Shown: piece by piece, positions 7,381 through 17,133 of the stretch
How positions within the stretch are numbered: the stretch's first letter is position 1
How the letters are laid out: every line of letters starts with the position of its first letter
Assembly: GCA_016776525.1 (NCBI GenBank)
Contig: JADHTD010000001.1
Span: 1-33,391 of the forward strand
Length of the DNA: 33,391 bases
Direction: 5' to 3'
Source of the DNA: Rhodospirillales bacterium
Lineage (GTDB): Bacteria > Pseudomonadota > Alphaproteobacteria > Rhodospirillales > JADHTD01
The notes under the pieces: model-generated
Seen by the model: only the letters and a program-made list of their open reading frames with translations
Database searches by the model: none
What the model was told of the DNA's origin: nothing
Program-made: the position numbers and the translations under genes

Positions 7381-8490
7381 TTAAACCAGCTTATCGAGTT
7401 CCTCGGTGAGGGCCTTGCCCATGTCGGCGGTGGAGACCGCCGTCATGCCGTCCTGCATGATGTCCAGGGTGCGCAGGCCGCGCGACAGCACGTTCTGGGC
7501 GGCCTGTTCGATGAGGTCGGCGTCATCGCCCATGTCGAAGGAATAGCGCAGGCACATGGCGTAGCTGAGGATGGTGGCCAGCGGGTTGGCCTTGCCTTCA
7601 CCGGCAATGTCCGGGGCGGAGCCGTGCACCGGTTCGTACATGGCGCGGCGGCGTCCGCTTTCGTCCTCGGCGCCGAGCGAGGCCGACGGCAGCATGCCCA
7701 GCGAGCCGGTCAGCATGGCGGCGCAATCGGAGAGGATATCGCCGAACAGGTTGTCGGTGACGATGACGTCGAACTGCTTGGGCGCCCGCACCAATTGCAT
7801 GGCGCAGTTGTCCGCATACATGTGGCTCAGCTCGACGTCTTCATAGCCGTCCTGGTGGGTGGCGGTGGCGACCCGGCGCCACAGCACGCCGGTTTCCATG
7901 ACGTTGGCCTTTTCCACCGAGCACACCCGGTTCTGGCGCTTGCGGGCCAGCTCGAAGGCCACCCGGCAGATGCGGTCGATTTCCGGCGTCGTGTAGACCT
8001 GGGTGTCGACGCCGCGCTCGGAGCCGTCGTCGAGGGTTTCGATGCCGCGGGGCTGGCCGAAATAAACGCCGCCGGTCAGTTCGCGGAGAATGAGGATGTC
8101 GAGGCCCTGGACCAGATCGGTTTTCAGGCTGGAGGCTTCGGCCAGGGCGTCAAAGACGGTGGCCGGGCGCAGGTTGGCGAACAGTTCCAGGTCTTTGCGC
8201 AATCTCAGCAGGCCCGCTTCCGGGCGGTGGTGGCGCTCCACATTGTCCCACTGGGGGCCGCCGACGGCGCCCAGCAAAACGGCATCGACGTTCATCGCGT
8301 CGGCCATGGTCTCGTCGGTGATGGCGCATGTGTGGGCTTCATAACAGGCTCCGCCGACTAGGCCTTCGGTGACGTCGAAGCTGACCGTGCGGTTCTTGGC
8401 CATCCAGTCGATGACGTTACGGACTTCGCCCATCACTTCCGGGCCGATGCCGTCACCCGGCAGGAAAAGCAGTTTCTTGTTGGCAGCCAT
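7381..8490 (-). CDS. leuB: 3-isopropylmalate dehydrogenase
   Basis: 369 aa: [15 protein letters not shown]...[11 protein letters not shown]...NLRP...[10 protein letters not shown]...[10 protein letters not shown]...GSAPDIAG. Confidence 0.95.
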   Translation of the reverse strand: MAANKKLLFLPGDGIGPEVMGEVRNVIDWMAKNRTVSFDVTEGLVGGACYEAHTCAITDETMADAMNVDAVLLGAVGGPQWDNVERHHRPEAGLLRLRKDLELFANLRPATVFDALAEASSLKTDLVQGLDILILRELTGGVYFGQPRGIETLDDGSERGVDTQVYTTPEIDRICRVAFELARKRQNRVCSVEKANVMETGVLWRRVATATHQDGYEDVELSHMYADNCAMQLVRAPKQFDVIVTDNLFGDILSDCAAMLTGSLGMLPSASLGAEDESGRRRAMYEPVHGSAPDIAGEGKANPLATILSYAMCLRYSFDMGDDADLIEQAAQNVLSRGLRTLDIMQDGMTAVSTADMGKALTEELDKLV

Positions 8491-8509
8491 TTTTTGGGTT
8501 CCTTGGAAT

Positions 8510-9121
8510 TTAAGCGTAGAGCCAGGGTTCGGCGGCTTTTTGTTTTTCTTCGTAAGAGTCGATCTTTTCTTTTTTCTGCATGGTCAGGCCGATATCGTCG
8601 AGGCCTTCCAGCAGGCATTTCCTTAAGAACGGGTCGAGCTCGAAATTAATCGTTCCGCCGTCGGGCCCGGAGATGGTCTGGGCTTCCAGGTCGACGGTCA
8701 GGGTGGCGTTGGCGCCGCGTTCGGCGTCGTCCATCAGCTTGTCAACGTCTTCCTGGGGCAGCTTGATCAGCAGCACACCGTTCTTGAAGCTGTTGTTATA
8801 GAAAATATCGGCAAAGCTGGGGGCGATGACGCAGGTAATGCCAAAATCCATCAGCGCCCAGGGGGCGTGTTCGCGCGACGAGCCGCAGCCGAAATTCTCA
8901 CCGGCCACCAGAATCTTGGCGTCGCGGTAAGCCGGCTTGTTGAGCACGAAGCCGGGCTTTTCCGAACCGTCGTCGTTGAAGCGCATCTCATCGAACAGGT
9001 TCTTGCCCAGGCCGGTCCTTTTAATGGTTTTCAGGAACTGCTTGGGGATGATCTTGTCGGTATCGACGTTGATCATTGGGAGCGGTGCGGCGACGCCGGT
9101 CAGGGTTTTGAATTTTTCCAT
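8510..9121 (-). CDS. leuD: 3-isopropylmalate dehydratase small subunit
   Basis: 203 aa: [31 protein letters not shown]...[21 protein letters not shown]. Confidence 0.95.
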   Translation of the reverse strand: MEKFKTLTGVAAPLPMINVDTDKIIPKQFLKTIKRTGLGKNLFDEMRFNDDGSEKPGFVLNKPAYRDAKILVAGENFGCGSSREHAPWALMDFGITCVIAPSFADIFYNNSFKNGVLLIKLPQEDVDKLMDDAERGANATLTVDLEAQTISGPDGGTINFELDPFLRKCLLEGLDDIGLTMQKKEKIDSYEEKQKAAEPWLYA

Positions 9122-9133
9122 TTTATGTTTCCC

Positions 9134-10534
9134 TTAATCCAGATCACGCACGTCGGTCAGGTGACCGGCGATGGCGGCAGCCGCGGCCATGGCCGGGCTG
9201 ACCAGATGGGTGCGCCCGCCCTTGCCCTGGCGGCCTTCGAAGTTGCGGTTCGATGTCGAAGCCGAGCGTTCGCCGGGCTCCAGTTTGTCGGCGTTCATGG
9301 CCAGGCACATGGAACAGCCCGGTTCGCGCCATTCAAATCCGGCGTCGAGGAAGATTTTGTCGAGGCCTTCTTCTTCGGCCAGTTCCTTGATCAGTCCGGA
9401 GCCGGGCACGACCATGGCGCCGACTGTGTCGGCGACGGTGCGGCCCTTGGCGACGGCGGCGGCGGCCCGCAGGTCTTCGATGCGGGAATTGGTGCACGAC
9501 CCGATAAACACCCGGTCGATGGCAATGTCCTTGAGGGCCGTTCCCGGGGTCAGGTCCATGTAATCGAGCGACCGCTTGATGGCGTTGGCGTTGCCTTCGT
9601 CGGCGGCGTCATCGGGGCTGGGCACGCTGCCGGTGATCGGCAGGGCGTCTTCCGGCGAGGTGCCCCAGGTAACATAGGGCACCAGGTCGGCGGCCTGGAT
9701 GGTGACGTCCTTGTCGTAGTGCGCGCCGTCGTCGGACTTCAGAGTCTTCCAGTGGGCGACAGCAGCTTCCCAGGCGGCACCCTTGGGCACCATCGGGCGG
9801 CCCATCAGGTACTTGAAGGTGGTTTCATCGGGGGCGATCAGGCCGCCGCGGGCGCCGCCTTCGATGGTCATGTTGCAGACCGTCATGCGGCCTTCCATGG
9901 ACATATCGCGGAAAGCCTGGCCGGTGTATTCGATGACATGGCCGGTGCCGCCGGCGGTGCCGATATGGCCGATGATGGCGAGGATCAAATCCTTCGGGGT
10001 GACGCCCAGCGGCAGGGCGCCTTCGACGTTGACCCGCATGTTCTTGGCCGGGGCCTGCAACAGGGTCTGGGTGGCCAGCACATGTTCGACCTCGGACGTG
10101 CCGATGCCGAAGGCCAGCGAGCCGAAAGCGCCGTGGGTGGCGGTGTGGCTGTCGCCGCAGACCATGGTCGTGCCGGGCAGGGTGAAGCCCTGTTCCGGGC
10201 CGATGACGTGGCAGATACCCTGGCGGATATCATCCATGCCGAAAAATTCGATGCCGAATTCGGCGACGCTCTCTTGCAGGGCTTCCACCTGGATGCGGGA
10301 TTCTTCTTCTTCGATACCCTGGCTGCGGTCGGTGGTCGGCACGTTGTGGTCGGCGACAGCCAGCGTCGCGTCGGGACGGCGTACGGTGCGCCCGGAATTG
10401 CGCAGGCCTTCGAAGGCCTGCGGGCTGGTCACTTCGTGCACCAGGTGGCGGTCGATATACAAAAGGCAGGTACCGTCGTCCTGCACGTCGACCAGATGGC
10501 TTTCCCAGATTTTATCAAACAGAGTCTTGGCCAT
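9134..10534 (-). CDS. leuC: 3-isopropylmalate dehydratase large subunit
   Basis: 466 aa: [15 protein letters not shown]...[19 protein letters not shown]...VCGDSHT...[11 protein letters not shown], ending in aconitase-family Fe-S ligand motifs. Confidence 0.95.
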   Translation of the reverse strand: MAKTLFDKIWESHLVDVQDDGTCLLYIDRHLVHEVTSPQAFEGLRNSGRTVRRPDATLAVADHNVPTTDRSQGIEEEESRIQVEALQESVAEFGIEFFGMDDIRQGICHVIGPEQGFTLPGTTMVCGDSHTATHGAFGSLAFGIGTSEVEHVLATQTLLQAPAKNMRVNVEGALPLGVTPKDLILAIIGHIGTAGGTGHVIEYTGQAFRDMSMEGRMTVCNMTIEGGARGGLIAPDETTFKYLMGRPMVPKGAAWEAAVAHWKTLKSDDGAHYDKDVTIQAADLVPYVTWGTSPEDALPITGSVPSPDDAADEGNANAIKRSLDYMDLTPGTALKDIAIDRVFIGSCTNSRIEDLRAAAAVAKGRTVADTVGAMVVPGSGLIKELAEEEGLDKIFLDAGFEWREPGCSMCLAMNADKLEPGERSASTSNRNFEGRQGKGGRTHLVSPAMAAAAAIAGHLTDVRDLD

Positions 10535-10578
10535 GGGGATCCGTCACTCCTTTGTTGTCATCGAAAGGCCGCCGATAA

Positions 10579-10612
10579 GGCAGACGGACGGCACTTAAGA
10601 CCGTCCGCTGCC
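10579..10612 (-). terminator. Hairpin downstream of rplS (possible terminator or attenuator ahead of leuC)
   Basis: On the minus strand: GGCAGCGGACGG-UCUUAAGUG-CCGUCCGUCUGCC, an 8-bp core plus a 3-bp outer stem. There is no clean U-tract, hence the low confidence. Confidence 0.3.
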
Positions 10613-10634
10613 GGCAGCCCGCAAAGAGCGTTAT

Positions 10635-11150
10635 TTAGGACTCAGATTTTTCCTCAGGGGCCGCAGCTTCCTCGGCGGCGGTCTCTTCCGCAGCGTCCTC
10701 AGCAACGTCCGCAGCCTTGGCCTCGGCGGCCTTGGCTTCCTGCTCCGCCTTTTTCAGGGCTTCCGCCTGGGCCGCATCGCGCGGGGCCCGCGGGTCGACC
10801 TTTTCGGCGATCCGGGCCGATTTGCCGGAACGGCCGCGCAGGTAATAGAGCTTGGCCCGGCGCACGTCGCCGCGGCGCACCACATCGATCGAGGCGATGG
10901 CGGTTGAATACAGCGGGAACACCCGCTCGACGCCCTCGCCGTAGGAAATCTTGCGCACCGTGAACGACGAGTTGATGCCGGCGTTCTTGCGGCCGATGCA
11001 GACCCCTTCAAAGGCCTGGATCCGTTCGCGCGATCCTTCGATCACCTTGACGTTCACCTTCAGGGTGTCGCCGGGGGAAAATTCCGGAACCGGGTGCTCA
11101 TCGGTCAGCTTGTTGAGCTGTTCCTGTTCGAGTTCTTCAATAACGTTCAT
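10635..11150 (-). CDS. rplS: 50S ribosomal protein L19 with an acidic Ala/Glu-rich C-terminal extension
   Basis: ORF 10635..11207. The ATG at 11150-11148 follows GAGGAAAAG and gives [12 protein letters not shown]...[29 protein letters not shown]...[15 protein letters not shown]. The tail is ...[37 protein letters not shown]. Confidence 0.9.
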   Translation of the reverse strand: MNVIEELEQEQLNKLTDEHPVPEFSPGDTLKVNVKVIEGSRERIQAFEGVCIGRKNAGINSSFTVRKISYGEGVERVFPLYSTAIASIDVVRRGDVRRAKLYYLRGRSGKSARIAEKVDPRAPRDAAQAEALKKAEQEAKAAEAKAADVAEDAAEETAAEEAAAPEEKSES

Positions 11151-11247
11151 CGTACTTTTCCTCTGTCCTTGGAGACGCTTCTTATAGGAAGCGGCCCCAT
11201 CCTTCAACTAAATCTCATTTAACCGGCGGCACCATGCCCCCGGCGTT

Positions 11248-11988
11248 CTATTCCTTCTCTCCGGCAAGCCGGGCCCACAAATCGGGCCGCCGTGCCTGGG
11301 TGATCTTTTCCGCCTGTTGCCGGCGCCAATCCCGGACCCGTTCATGGTGTCCGGAAACCAGCACGTCGGGGACGGTGCGCCCCTGCCAGTCCTGGGGCCG
11401 GGTGTAATGGGGATATTCCAACAGTCCGCTTTCGAAACTTTCTTCCGCCAACGACTGGTCCGACCCCATGACGCCCGGCAGCAGCCGCACGCAGGCGTCA
11501 ATCAAGGCGAGGGCCGCCGGTTCGCCGCCGGAAAGCACGAAATCGCCGAGGCTGATTTCCTCAACGTCCCGGGCTTCCAATACCCGTTCGTCGACGCCTT
11601 CATAACGGCCGCACAGGATAATAACGCCGGGCCCGTCGGATAGCGCCTTGACCCGGGCCTGATCGAGCCGACGGCCGCGCGGGGTCAGGTAAACCAGGGG
11701 CACGTCGGCAGAGCCGCAGCGCGCCTGCACCCCGGCCAGCGCCGCGCCGATGGCGGCATCGACCACGTCGGGCCGCATGACCATGCCGGCGCCGCCGCCG
11801 AAGGGCGTGGAGTCGACGGTCCGGTGCTTGTCGGTGGCGAAGTCCCGCACGTCCAGCGTTTCCAGGGACCAAACTCCGTCCTTCAGGGCCTGGCCGGCCA
11901 AGGACAGGCCGAGCGGCCCCGGGAACATATCCGGGAACAGGGTCAGCACTGTCGCCATCCAGGGGCTATTATCCGACTTCGGCGTCAT
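11248..11988 (-). CDS. trmD: tRNA (guanine37-N1)-methyltransferase
   Basis: 246 aa: ...[13 protein letters not shown]...[11 protein letters not shown]...[10 protein letters not shown]...[13 protein letters not shown]...[13 protein letters not shown]. Confidence 0.95.
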   Translation of the reverse strand: MTPKSDNSPWMATVLTLFPDMFPGPLGLSLAGQALKDGVWSLETLDVRDFATDKHRTVDSTPFGGGAGMVMRPDVVDAAIGAALAGVQARCGSADVPLVYLTPRGRRLDQARVKALSDGPGVIILCGRYEGVDERVLEARDVEEISLGDFVLSGGEPAALALIDACVRLLPGVMGSDQSLAEESFESGLLEYPHYTRPQDWQGRTVPDVLVSGHHERVRDWRRQQAEKITQARRPDLWARLAGEKE

Positions 11989-11997
11989 TTTATGCCT

Positions 11998-12597
11998 CTA
12001 GTCCTCGTCCTCGTTCGTGTCTTCGTCCGTGCCGTCACCAACCGGTTCCGGCGTTTCCAAAAGTCCCGGCAGCGGGTTGACCAGCAACCGGCCGCCGTCG
12101 ATATCCACCTCCGGCACCGCCACGCGGCTGAACGGCACCATCACCGTTCCCCGGGGGCCGCCGGTGATTTCCAGCGACGCGCCGCCGCCGTAATCGTGGA
12201 CGTCCCCGACCGTTCCCAAGACCTCCGTTCCACCGTCACCAGCGACCAGTTCCGCCCGAAGGCCGATCAGGTCGGCATGGTAGAACTCGTCGTCGTCGGC
12301 CTCCGGCAGAACCTGGCGGGGCAGGAAGAGTTCCGTCCCCTTCAAGGCCTCGGCGGCGGTCCGGTCAGCAATCCCGTCGAGACGGGCAATGACCTGACCT
12401 TTGGACTGGCCGACGACCTTGAGCCGGTATTGCCGCCCGCCGGGGCGGTCGAAAACCGGTCCATAGGCAGCAATAGCGGCCGGATCGGCGGTGAAGCTCT
12501 TGATCCTCACCTCGCCTTTCAGCCCGCGGACCCCGGTGATCACCCCGACCTGGAGCCAATCGCCGTTTGCCGCTGTGCCATCGCCTGTGGCCGTCAT
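11998..12597 (-). CDS. rimM: Ribosome maturation factor RimM
   Basis: The track ORF 11998..12624 starts at a TTG overlapping the rpsP stop. The first ATG is at 12597-12595 (MTATGDG...WLQVGVITGVRGLKGEVRIKSFT...). Either start is possible. PRC-barrel-like C-terminus with an acidic tail. Confidence 0.85.
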   Translation of the reverse strand: MTATGDGTAANGDWLQVGVITGVRGLKGEVRIKSFTADPAAIAAYGPVFDRPGGRQYRLKVVGQSKGQVIARLDGIADRTAAEALKGTELFLPRQVLPEADDDEFYHADLIGLRAELVAGDGGTEVLGTVGDVHDYGGGASLEITGGPRGTVMVPFSRVAVPEVDIDGGRLLVNPLPGLLETPEPVGDGTDEDTNEDED

Positions 12598-12620
12598 CCG
12601 CTTTCGGTCCGGACCGCCGG

Positions 12621-13151
12621 TCAACCGGCGGCCTTTTCCTCCTTATCGTCGGCGGCAGCTTCTTCCGCCGGGGCTTCCTCGGCAGCAGCTTCTTCAGCCG
12701 CAGCTTCTTCCGCCGGGGCTTCCTCGGCAGCAGCTTCTTCCGCCGGGGCTTCTTCAGCCGGGGTTTCTTCAGCCGGGGCAGCCGCTTTTTCAGCAGCGGC
12801 TTCGGCGGCAGCCTTGGCTTTTTCTTCGGCTTCCTTCATGCGTTCCAGGGTCTTGGCGCGCGGCAGGTTCTTTTTGGTCTGCTCCGGAATAGCCGGTTTT
12901 TCGCCCAATCCGGCGTCGGCCATGAAGCGGGCCACCCGGTCGCTCGGCTTGGCGCCGACACCGACCCAGTACTTGATGCGCTCTTCCTTGAGCATGATCC
13001 GTTCCGGGTTGTCCTTGGGCACCATCGGGTTGTAGGTGCCGAGGCGTTCGATATAGCGGCCGTCACGGGGGTTGCGGGAATCCGCCACCACAATGCGGTA
13101 GAACGGCCGTTTCTTGGCCCCGCCGCGGGATAATCTGATTCTAAGAGACAT
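12621..13151 (-). CDS. rpsP: 30S ribosomal protein S16 with a long Ala/Glu/Pro repeat tail
   Basis: 176 aa: [42 protein letters not shown]... followed by about 80 aa of (A/P)AEE(A/T) repeats. Confidence 0.95.
   Translation of the reverse strand: MSLRIRLSRGGAKKRPFYRIVVADSRNPRDGRYIERLGTYNPMVPKDNPERIMLKEERIKYWVGVGAKPSDRVARFMADAGLGEKPAIPEQTKKNLPRAKTLERMKEAEEKAKAAAEAAAEKAAAPAEETPAEEAPAEEAAAEEAPAEEAAAEEAAAEEAPAEEAAADDKEEKAAG
12656..12780 (-). repeat. In-frame 15-nt-periodic tandem repeat encoding the S16 acidic tail
   Basis: A perfect 30-mer, cagcttcttccgccggggcttcctcggcag, occurs at 12656-12685 and 12701-12730. Its first 22 nt recur at 12731-12752, with 15-nt variants in between. It translates to [10 protein letters not shown] pentapeptides. 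Confidence 0.8.
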
Positions 13152-13230
13152 TTCTTACTTTCGTCCTTTGCTCAATTTAAAACAGTCATAATTGGTTGCC
13201 TTAACTCTAAAATTCATCGCAGGGGCGATT

Positions 13231-13283
13231 CGAAATCCCCTACCGCATGGGCGGTAATCCGAAATCCCCTACCGCATGGGCGG
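13231..13283. repeat. 24-bp perfect direct repeat (period 29) spanning the ffh stop codon
   Basis: cgaaatcccctaccgcatgggcgg occurs at 13231-13254 and again at 13260-13283. The second copy contains the last four ffh codons (PPMR) plus the stop. Confidence 0.85.
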
Positions 13284-14669
13284 CAAAGTGCCGGGAGGCA
13301 TCATTCCGGGCGGCAGTCCGCCGCCGGGCATCATGCCCCTCTTTCCCATCTTGCCCATTTTCTTCATCATCAAACTCATCTGCTTGAATTGTTTGAGCAG
13401 CCTGTTGACGTCCTGCACCGTGGTGCCCGAACCGGCGGCAATGCGCCGGCGCCGGGAACCGTTGAGAACTTTGGGATTGCGCCGCTCGGCCTTGGTCATC
13501 GACAGGATGATGGCCTCCTGGCGGCTGATCATCTTGTCGTCGATGTTGGCCTCGGCGATCTGTTTTTTGACCTTGCCGACGCCGGGCAGCATACCCAGCA
13601 GCCCTTCCATGGAGCCCATCTTCTTCAGTTGCTTGAACTGTTCGGCCATGTCTTCCAGGGTGAACTGGCCCTTCATCATCTTCTTGGCCAGTTTTTCGGC
13701 GTCTTCCTGTTCGACCGTCTCGGCGGCCTTTTCGACCAGACCGACGATATCGCCCATGCCGAGGATACGACCGGCGATGCGGTCGGCCTGGAAACCCTCC
13801 AGGGCGTCCATGGTCTCGCCGACACCCATCAGCTTGATCGGGCAGCCGGTGACCGAGCGCATGGAAAGCGCCGCGCCGCCCCGGGCGTCACCGTCGACGC
13901 GGGTCAGCACGATACCGCTGATGCCGACTTTTTCGTTGAATTCCTTGGCCACATTGACGGCGTCCTGGCCGGTCATGGCGTCGGCCACCAGCAGGGTTTC
14001 CGTCGGCTTGGCCTCGGCACTGACAGCGGTGACCTCGGCCATCAGTTCCTGATCGATGTGCAAACGGCCGGCGGTATCCAGGATAACCACGTCGAAGCCT
14101 TCGAGGCGGCCCTTTTCCAGGGCACGCTTAGCGATGGCCAGGGGTTGTTCGCCCATGACGGACGGCAGGGTAGGTGTTTGCGTCTGCTCGCCCAATACCG
14201 CCAATTGCTGCTGGGCCGCCGGGCGATAGACGTCCAGCGACGCCATCAGCACCTTTTTCTTGTCCCGGTTCTTAAGCCTCAAGGCCAGCTTGGCGCTGGT
14301 CGTCGTCTTGCCCGATCCCTGCAGGCCGACCATGAGAATGGCCGCCGGTGGCGTACCGGTCAGGTTGATGGCCGAAGGATCAACGCCCGGCGTGCCGTCG
14401 GCGCCGCCGCCCAGCATCTCGACCAGATGGTCGTTGACGATCTTGATGACCATCTGGCCGGGGGTGACGGAACGCACCACATCCTGGCCCTGGGCCCGTT
14501 GTTTGACGCCTTCGACGAAATCCTTGACCACGGGAAGCGCCACATCGGCTTCCAGCAGGGCGACCCGGACCTCACGCAGCGCCTCGTCGATATCGGCATC
14601 GGACAGCGCGCCGCGCTTCGTCAGCTTATCGAAGATATCGCCCAGGCGGGTACTGAGGCTGTCAAACAT
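13269..14669 (-). CDS. ffh: Signal recognition particle protein Ffh
   Basis: ORF 13269..14705. The ATG at 14669-14667 gives the canonical MFDSLSTRLGDIFDKL... N-terminus. G-domain motifs are GLQGSGKTTT, DTAGR and TRVDGD. The Met-rich M domain ends ...MMKKMGKMGKRGMMPGG. Confidence 0.95.
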   Translation of the reverse strand: MFDSLSTRLGDIFDKLTKRGALSDADIDEALREVRVALLEADVALPVVKDFVEGVKQRAQGQDVVRSVTPGQMVIKIVNDHLVEMLGGGADGTPGVDPSAINLTGTPPAAILMVGLQGSGKTTTSAKLALRLKNRDKKKVLMASLDVYRPAAQQQLAVLGEQTQTPTLPSVMGEQPLAIAKRALEKGRLEGFDVVILDTAGRLHIDQELMAEVTAVSAEAKPTETLLVADAMTGQDAVNVAKEFNEKVGISGIVLTRVDGDARGGAALSMRSVTGCPIKLMGVGETMDALEGFQADRIAGRILGMGDIVGLVEKAAETVEQEDAEKLAKKMMKGQFTLEDMAEQFKQLKKMGSMEGLLGMLPGVGKVKKQIAEANIDDKMISRQEAIILSMTKAERRNPKVLNGSRRRRIAAGSGTTVQDVNRLLKQFKQMSLMMKKMGKMGKRGMMPGGGLPPGMMPPGTLPPMR

Positions 14670-14794
14670 CAAAAGGGTCCCAGTCGTTAAAAAACAATCC
14701 AGCACAACGCAAAATGCGCCAGTGCGCGAAACTCGCGGACTGGCGGCGCCCCTCAGGACAAACAGAAGTAACGCTTTCTGTGTTGAGCGGGCGC

Positions 14795-14823
14795 ACTCTA
14801 TGAAGGACAGAGCGCCAAGTCAA
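14795..14823 (-). promoter_or_regulatory. Putative sigma70-type promoter for ffh
   Basis: On the minus strand: TTGACT (14823-14818), 17-nt spacer, TAGAGT (14800-14795), about 125 nt upstream of the ffh ATG. Sequence match only. Confidence 0.35.
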
Positions 14824-15049
14824 GGGCTACGGGACCGGGTACAACCCGGACCGGTTTGCGATAGTCGGCAGGTTGCATGCAATTGCAGATTTCGACCGGT
14901 TTGTTGCTTTTTTTGTTTGTCTTTCAAGGGGGAATGGTTCTATAAACTAATAATCGAATTAATAAAAAGTGACACTCTTTTTAAGGGTTATCGCCACTCG
15001 AATATGGGTTTATGTTTCACTTGATGAAAACTTTTGTTAATTTTTCGGT

Positions 15050-15478
15050 ATGCGAAGACATGCCGTAACCGGGACATTAAAGAAGATGCGCAAAAAGCAG
15101 CCCCCCGACCCCATCGATATTTCCATCGGCGACCGCCTGCGCCAACGCCGCCGCCGGATGAGCCTCAGCCAGCAGGAACTGTCCGACCGTTCCGGGGTGA
15201 CCGTGCGCACCCTCAACCGCTATGAAAACGGCAACCGGGGCATCGCCGCCAGCGACCTTTACCGGCTGTGCCAAGCCCTTGAGATCAGCGTCCCCAGCCT
15301 CTTCGTGGGCTTCGAAGACGGTCTCGCCGCCAGCCCCGGCCGTCAGATCCCACCGGCCGACGACATCGAGACCCGCCGCTTTCTCAAGTCTTTTTACGGC
15401 ATTACCGACCTCGGCCTGCGCAAGGACGTGGTCGCCCTGATCAAGGCCGTCGCCGAAGACCAGCAGAACAACCCATAG
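15050..15478 (+). CDS. XRE-family helix-turn-helix transcriptional regulator
   Basis: 142 aa. IGDRLRQRRRRMSLSQQELSDRSGVTVRTLNRYENGNRGIAASDLYRLCQALEISV is a typical HTH_3 domain. Alternative start at the ATG at 15086. Confidence 0.8.
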   Translation: MRRHAVTGTLKKMRKKQPPDPIDISIGDRLRQRRRRMSLSQQELSDRSGVTVRTLNRYENGNRGIAASDLYRLCQALEISVPSLFVGFEDGLAASPGRQIPPADDIETRRFLKSFYGITDLGLRKDVVALIKAVAEDQQNNP

Positions 15479-15556
15479 GCCGGTGGCGGCTGTTGCGGTC
15501 CGGCCGGGCCTCTGCCGACGGTTGACCGCCGCCCCGCTCGGGGGCATTAAGAAGGC

Positions 15557-16246
15557 ATGCATTTACAGACTCTGCAAACGGCCCTCAATGGCTTCGGCCT
15601 GTTGCTGCGCGGCGGCTTCCACCCCGGCCCCGGCGAAGACCTTACCCTGGAAGACGCCCCAGCCGGCCGCCCGTCCACCCTGGTCCTGATCGGCAATGCC
15701 GGTCGGCGGTTCTGGCCGGCCTTCAGCAAACAACGGCGGACGGAAGCGGACCCGCTGGACGCCTGGACCCGCCGGGTGCTGAACCAAGTCGCCGACGGCT
15801 TTGGCGCCCGTCCCCTGTTTCCCTTCGACGGGCCGCCCTACCTGCCCTTCCAGCAATGGGCGCTGCGGGCGGAAGCCGTCTCCCCGTCGCCGATCGGCCC
15901 CCTGATCCATCCCACCTATGGCCTGTGGCATGCCTATCGCGGGGCCTTGCTGTTCGAGACAATGATCGATTTACCGGCATTACAGCCGCAGGCCTCCCCC
16001 TGTGAGAAATGCCCCGACAAGCCCTGCCTCAGCAGCTGCCCGGCCGAGGCCCTGAAAGCCGGCGCCTACGACGTTCCGGCCTGCCTCGATCACCTTGAAA
16101 GCCGGCATGGCGAAAGCTGCCTGAGCGGCGGCTGTCTGGCCCGAAGCGCCTGTCCGGTGGGCCGTGAATATGCCTACGAAGAGGCCCAGGCCCGCTTTCA
16201 TATGGAACACTTCCGGGCCGCCCAACGCACCGAACAACAGGACTAA
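15557..16246 (+). CDS. Cys-rich Fe-S (ferredoxin-like) protein, QueG/RdhA-type cluster motifs at the C-terminus
   Basis: 229 aa, with AAGAAGG before the ATG. The C-terminal part is CEKCPDKPCLSSCP...ACLDHL...CLSGGCLARSACPVG. Specific function is not assignable from sequence alone. Confidence 0.65.
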   Translation: MHLQTLQTALNGFGLLLRGGFHPGPGEDLTLEDAPAGRPSTLVLIGNAGRRFWPAFSKQRRTEADPLDAWTRRVLNQVADGFGARPLFPFDGPPYLPFQQWALRAEAVSPSPIGPLIHPTYGLWHAYRGALLFETMIDLPALQPQASPCEKCPDKPCLSSCPAEALKAGAYDVPACLDHLESRHGESCLSGGCLARSACPVGREYAYEEAQARFHMEHFRAAQRTEQQD

Positions 16247-16296
16247 CCCCTGTTAAAGGTGGACTTACCGCGCCAACAGGCCATATAAGGCCGGTT

Positions 16297-17130
16297 ATGA
16301 ACGGTTTGCCTTTTATAAAAATGCACGGACTCGGCAATGATTTTGTCGTGCTGGACGGGCGCGCCCAGACCATAAGCTTCGATCAGGCCCAGGCCAAAAG
16401 GGTCGCCGACCGCCACACCGGCATCGGCTGTGACCAGCTTATCGTTATCGAAGCGGCCCGCGATTCCCAGGCCGATGCCTTCATGCGCATCCGCAATGCC
16501 GACGGCCATGAGGTCGCCGCCTGCGGTAATGCGGCGCGCTGTATCGCCGATATCCTGATGCAGGAAAAGGGCAGCGACCACGCCATTATCGAAACCAACG
16601 CCGGCCTTTTGGACGCTGAGGCCCGCGACGGCGGCCTGGTGGCTGTCGATATGGGTCTGGTGCGCCACGACTGGCGGGACATTCCCTTGTCAAAAGCCGT
16701 CGATACCCTGCACATGGGCATCGAACACGGACCCCTGAAAGACCCGGTCGGCGTCAACATCGGCAATCCCCACGCCGTCTTTTTCGTCGACGATGCTGAA
16801 GCCATCCCGCTGGATGTTGTCGGACCGGTTATCGAACACCATGAGATGTTCCCCGAATTCGCCAATGTCGGCGCCGCCCAGGTCATCGACAGCGAAACCA
16901 TCCGGCTTCGCGTCTGGGAACGGGGCTCGGGGCTGACCCAGGCCTGCGGCACCGGAGCCTGTGCGGCGCTGGTTGCCGCCCACCGCCGGGGCCTGACCGG
17001 GCGTGTGGCCGATGTACGGCTCGACGGGGGGACGTTGCGCATCGACTGGCTGCCGGACAACCACGTCATGATGACCGGTGCAGTCGCCACCAGTTTCACC
17101 GGCACCCTTTACCCGTCGTTGTTGGAATAA
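16297..17130 (+). CDS. dapF: Diaminopimelate epimerase
   Basis: 277 aa: FIKMHGLGNDFVVLD...NADGHEVAACGNAARC...NIGNPHAVFFV...ERGSGLTQACGTGACA, with both catalytic Cys contexts. Confidence 0.95.
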   Translation: MNGLPFIKMHGLGNDFVVLDGRAQTISFDQAQAKRVADRHTGIGCDQLIVIEAARDSQADAFMRIRNADGHEVAACGNAARCIADILMQEKGSDHAIIETNAGLLDAEARDGGLVAVDMGLVRHDWRDIPLSKAVDTLHMGIEHGPLKDPVGVNIGNPHAVFFVDDAEAIPLDVVGPVIEHHEMFPEFANVGAAQVIDSETIRLRVWERGSGLTQACGTGACAALVAAHRRGLTGRVADVRLDGGTLRIDWLPDNHVMMTGAVATSFTGTLYPSLLE

Positions 17131-17133
17131 GTT

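Noticed and set aside
8867-10963. 698-aa plus-strand ORF, together with similar long ORFs: 23655..25988(+), 16690..18306(-), 22134..23318(-), 13389..14690(+), 11824..13035(+), 5973..6956(+), 2374..3399(+), 28704..29702(-), 30641..31471(-) and 32318..33271(-).
   Set aside because: All lie antisense to or out of frame with genes that have unmistakable homology (leuCD, pgk, mtaB, ffh, asd, acnA and others). Their translations are Gly/Arg/Ala/Asp-rich shadow-ORF products typical of high-GC genomes.
14706-14900. Structured GC-rich DNA upstream of ffh, considered as an SRP (4.5S) RNA or 6S RNA gene.
   Set aside because: I could not find the conserved SRP RNA domain IV motifs or a 6S-like long bulged helix. 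A sigma70-like promoter reading into ffh explains the region as a leader.
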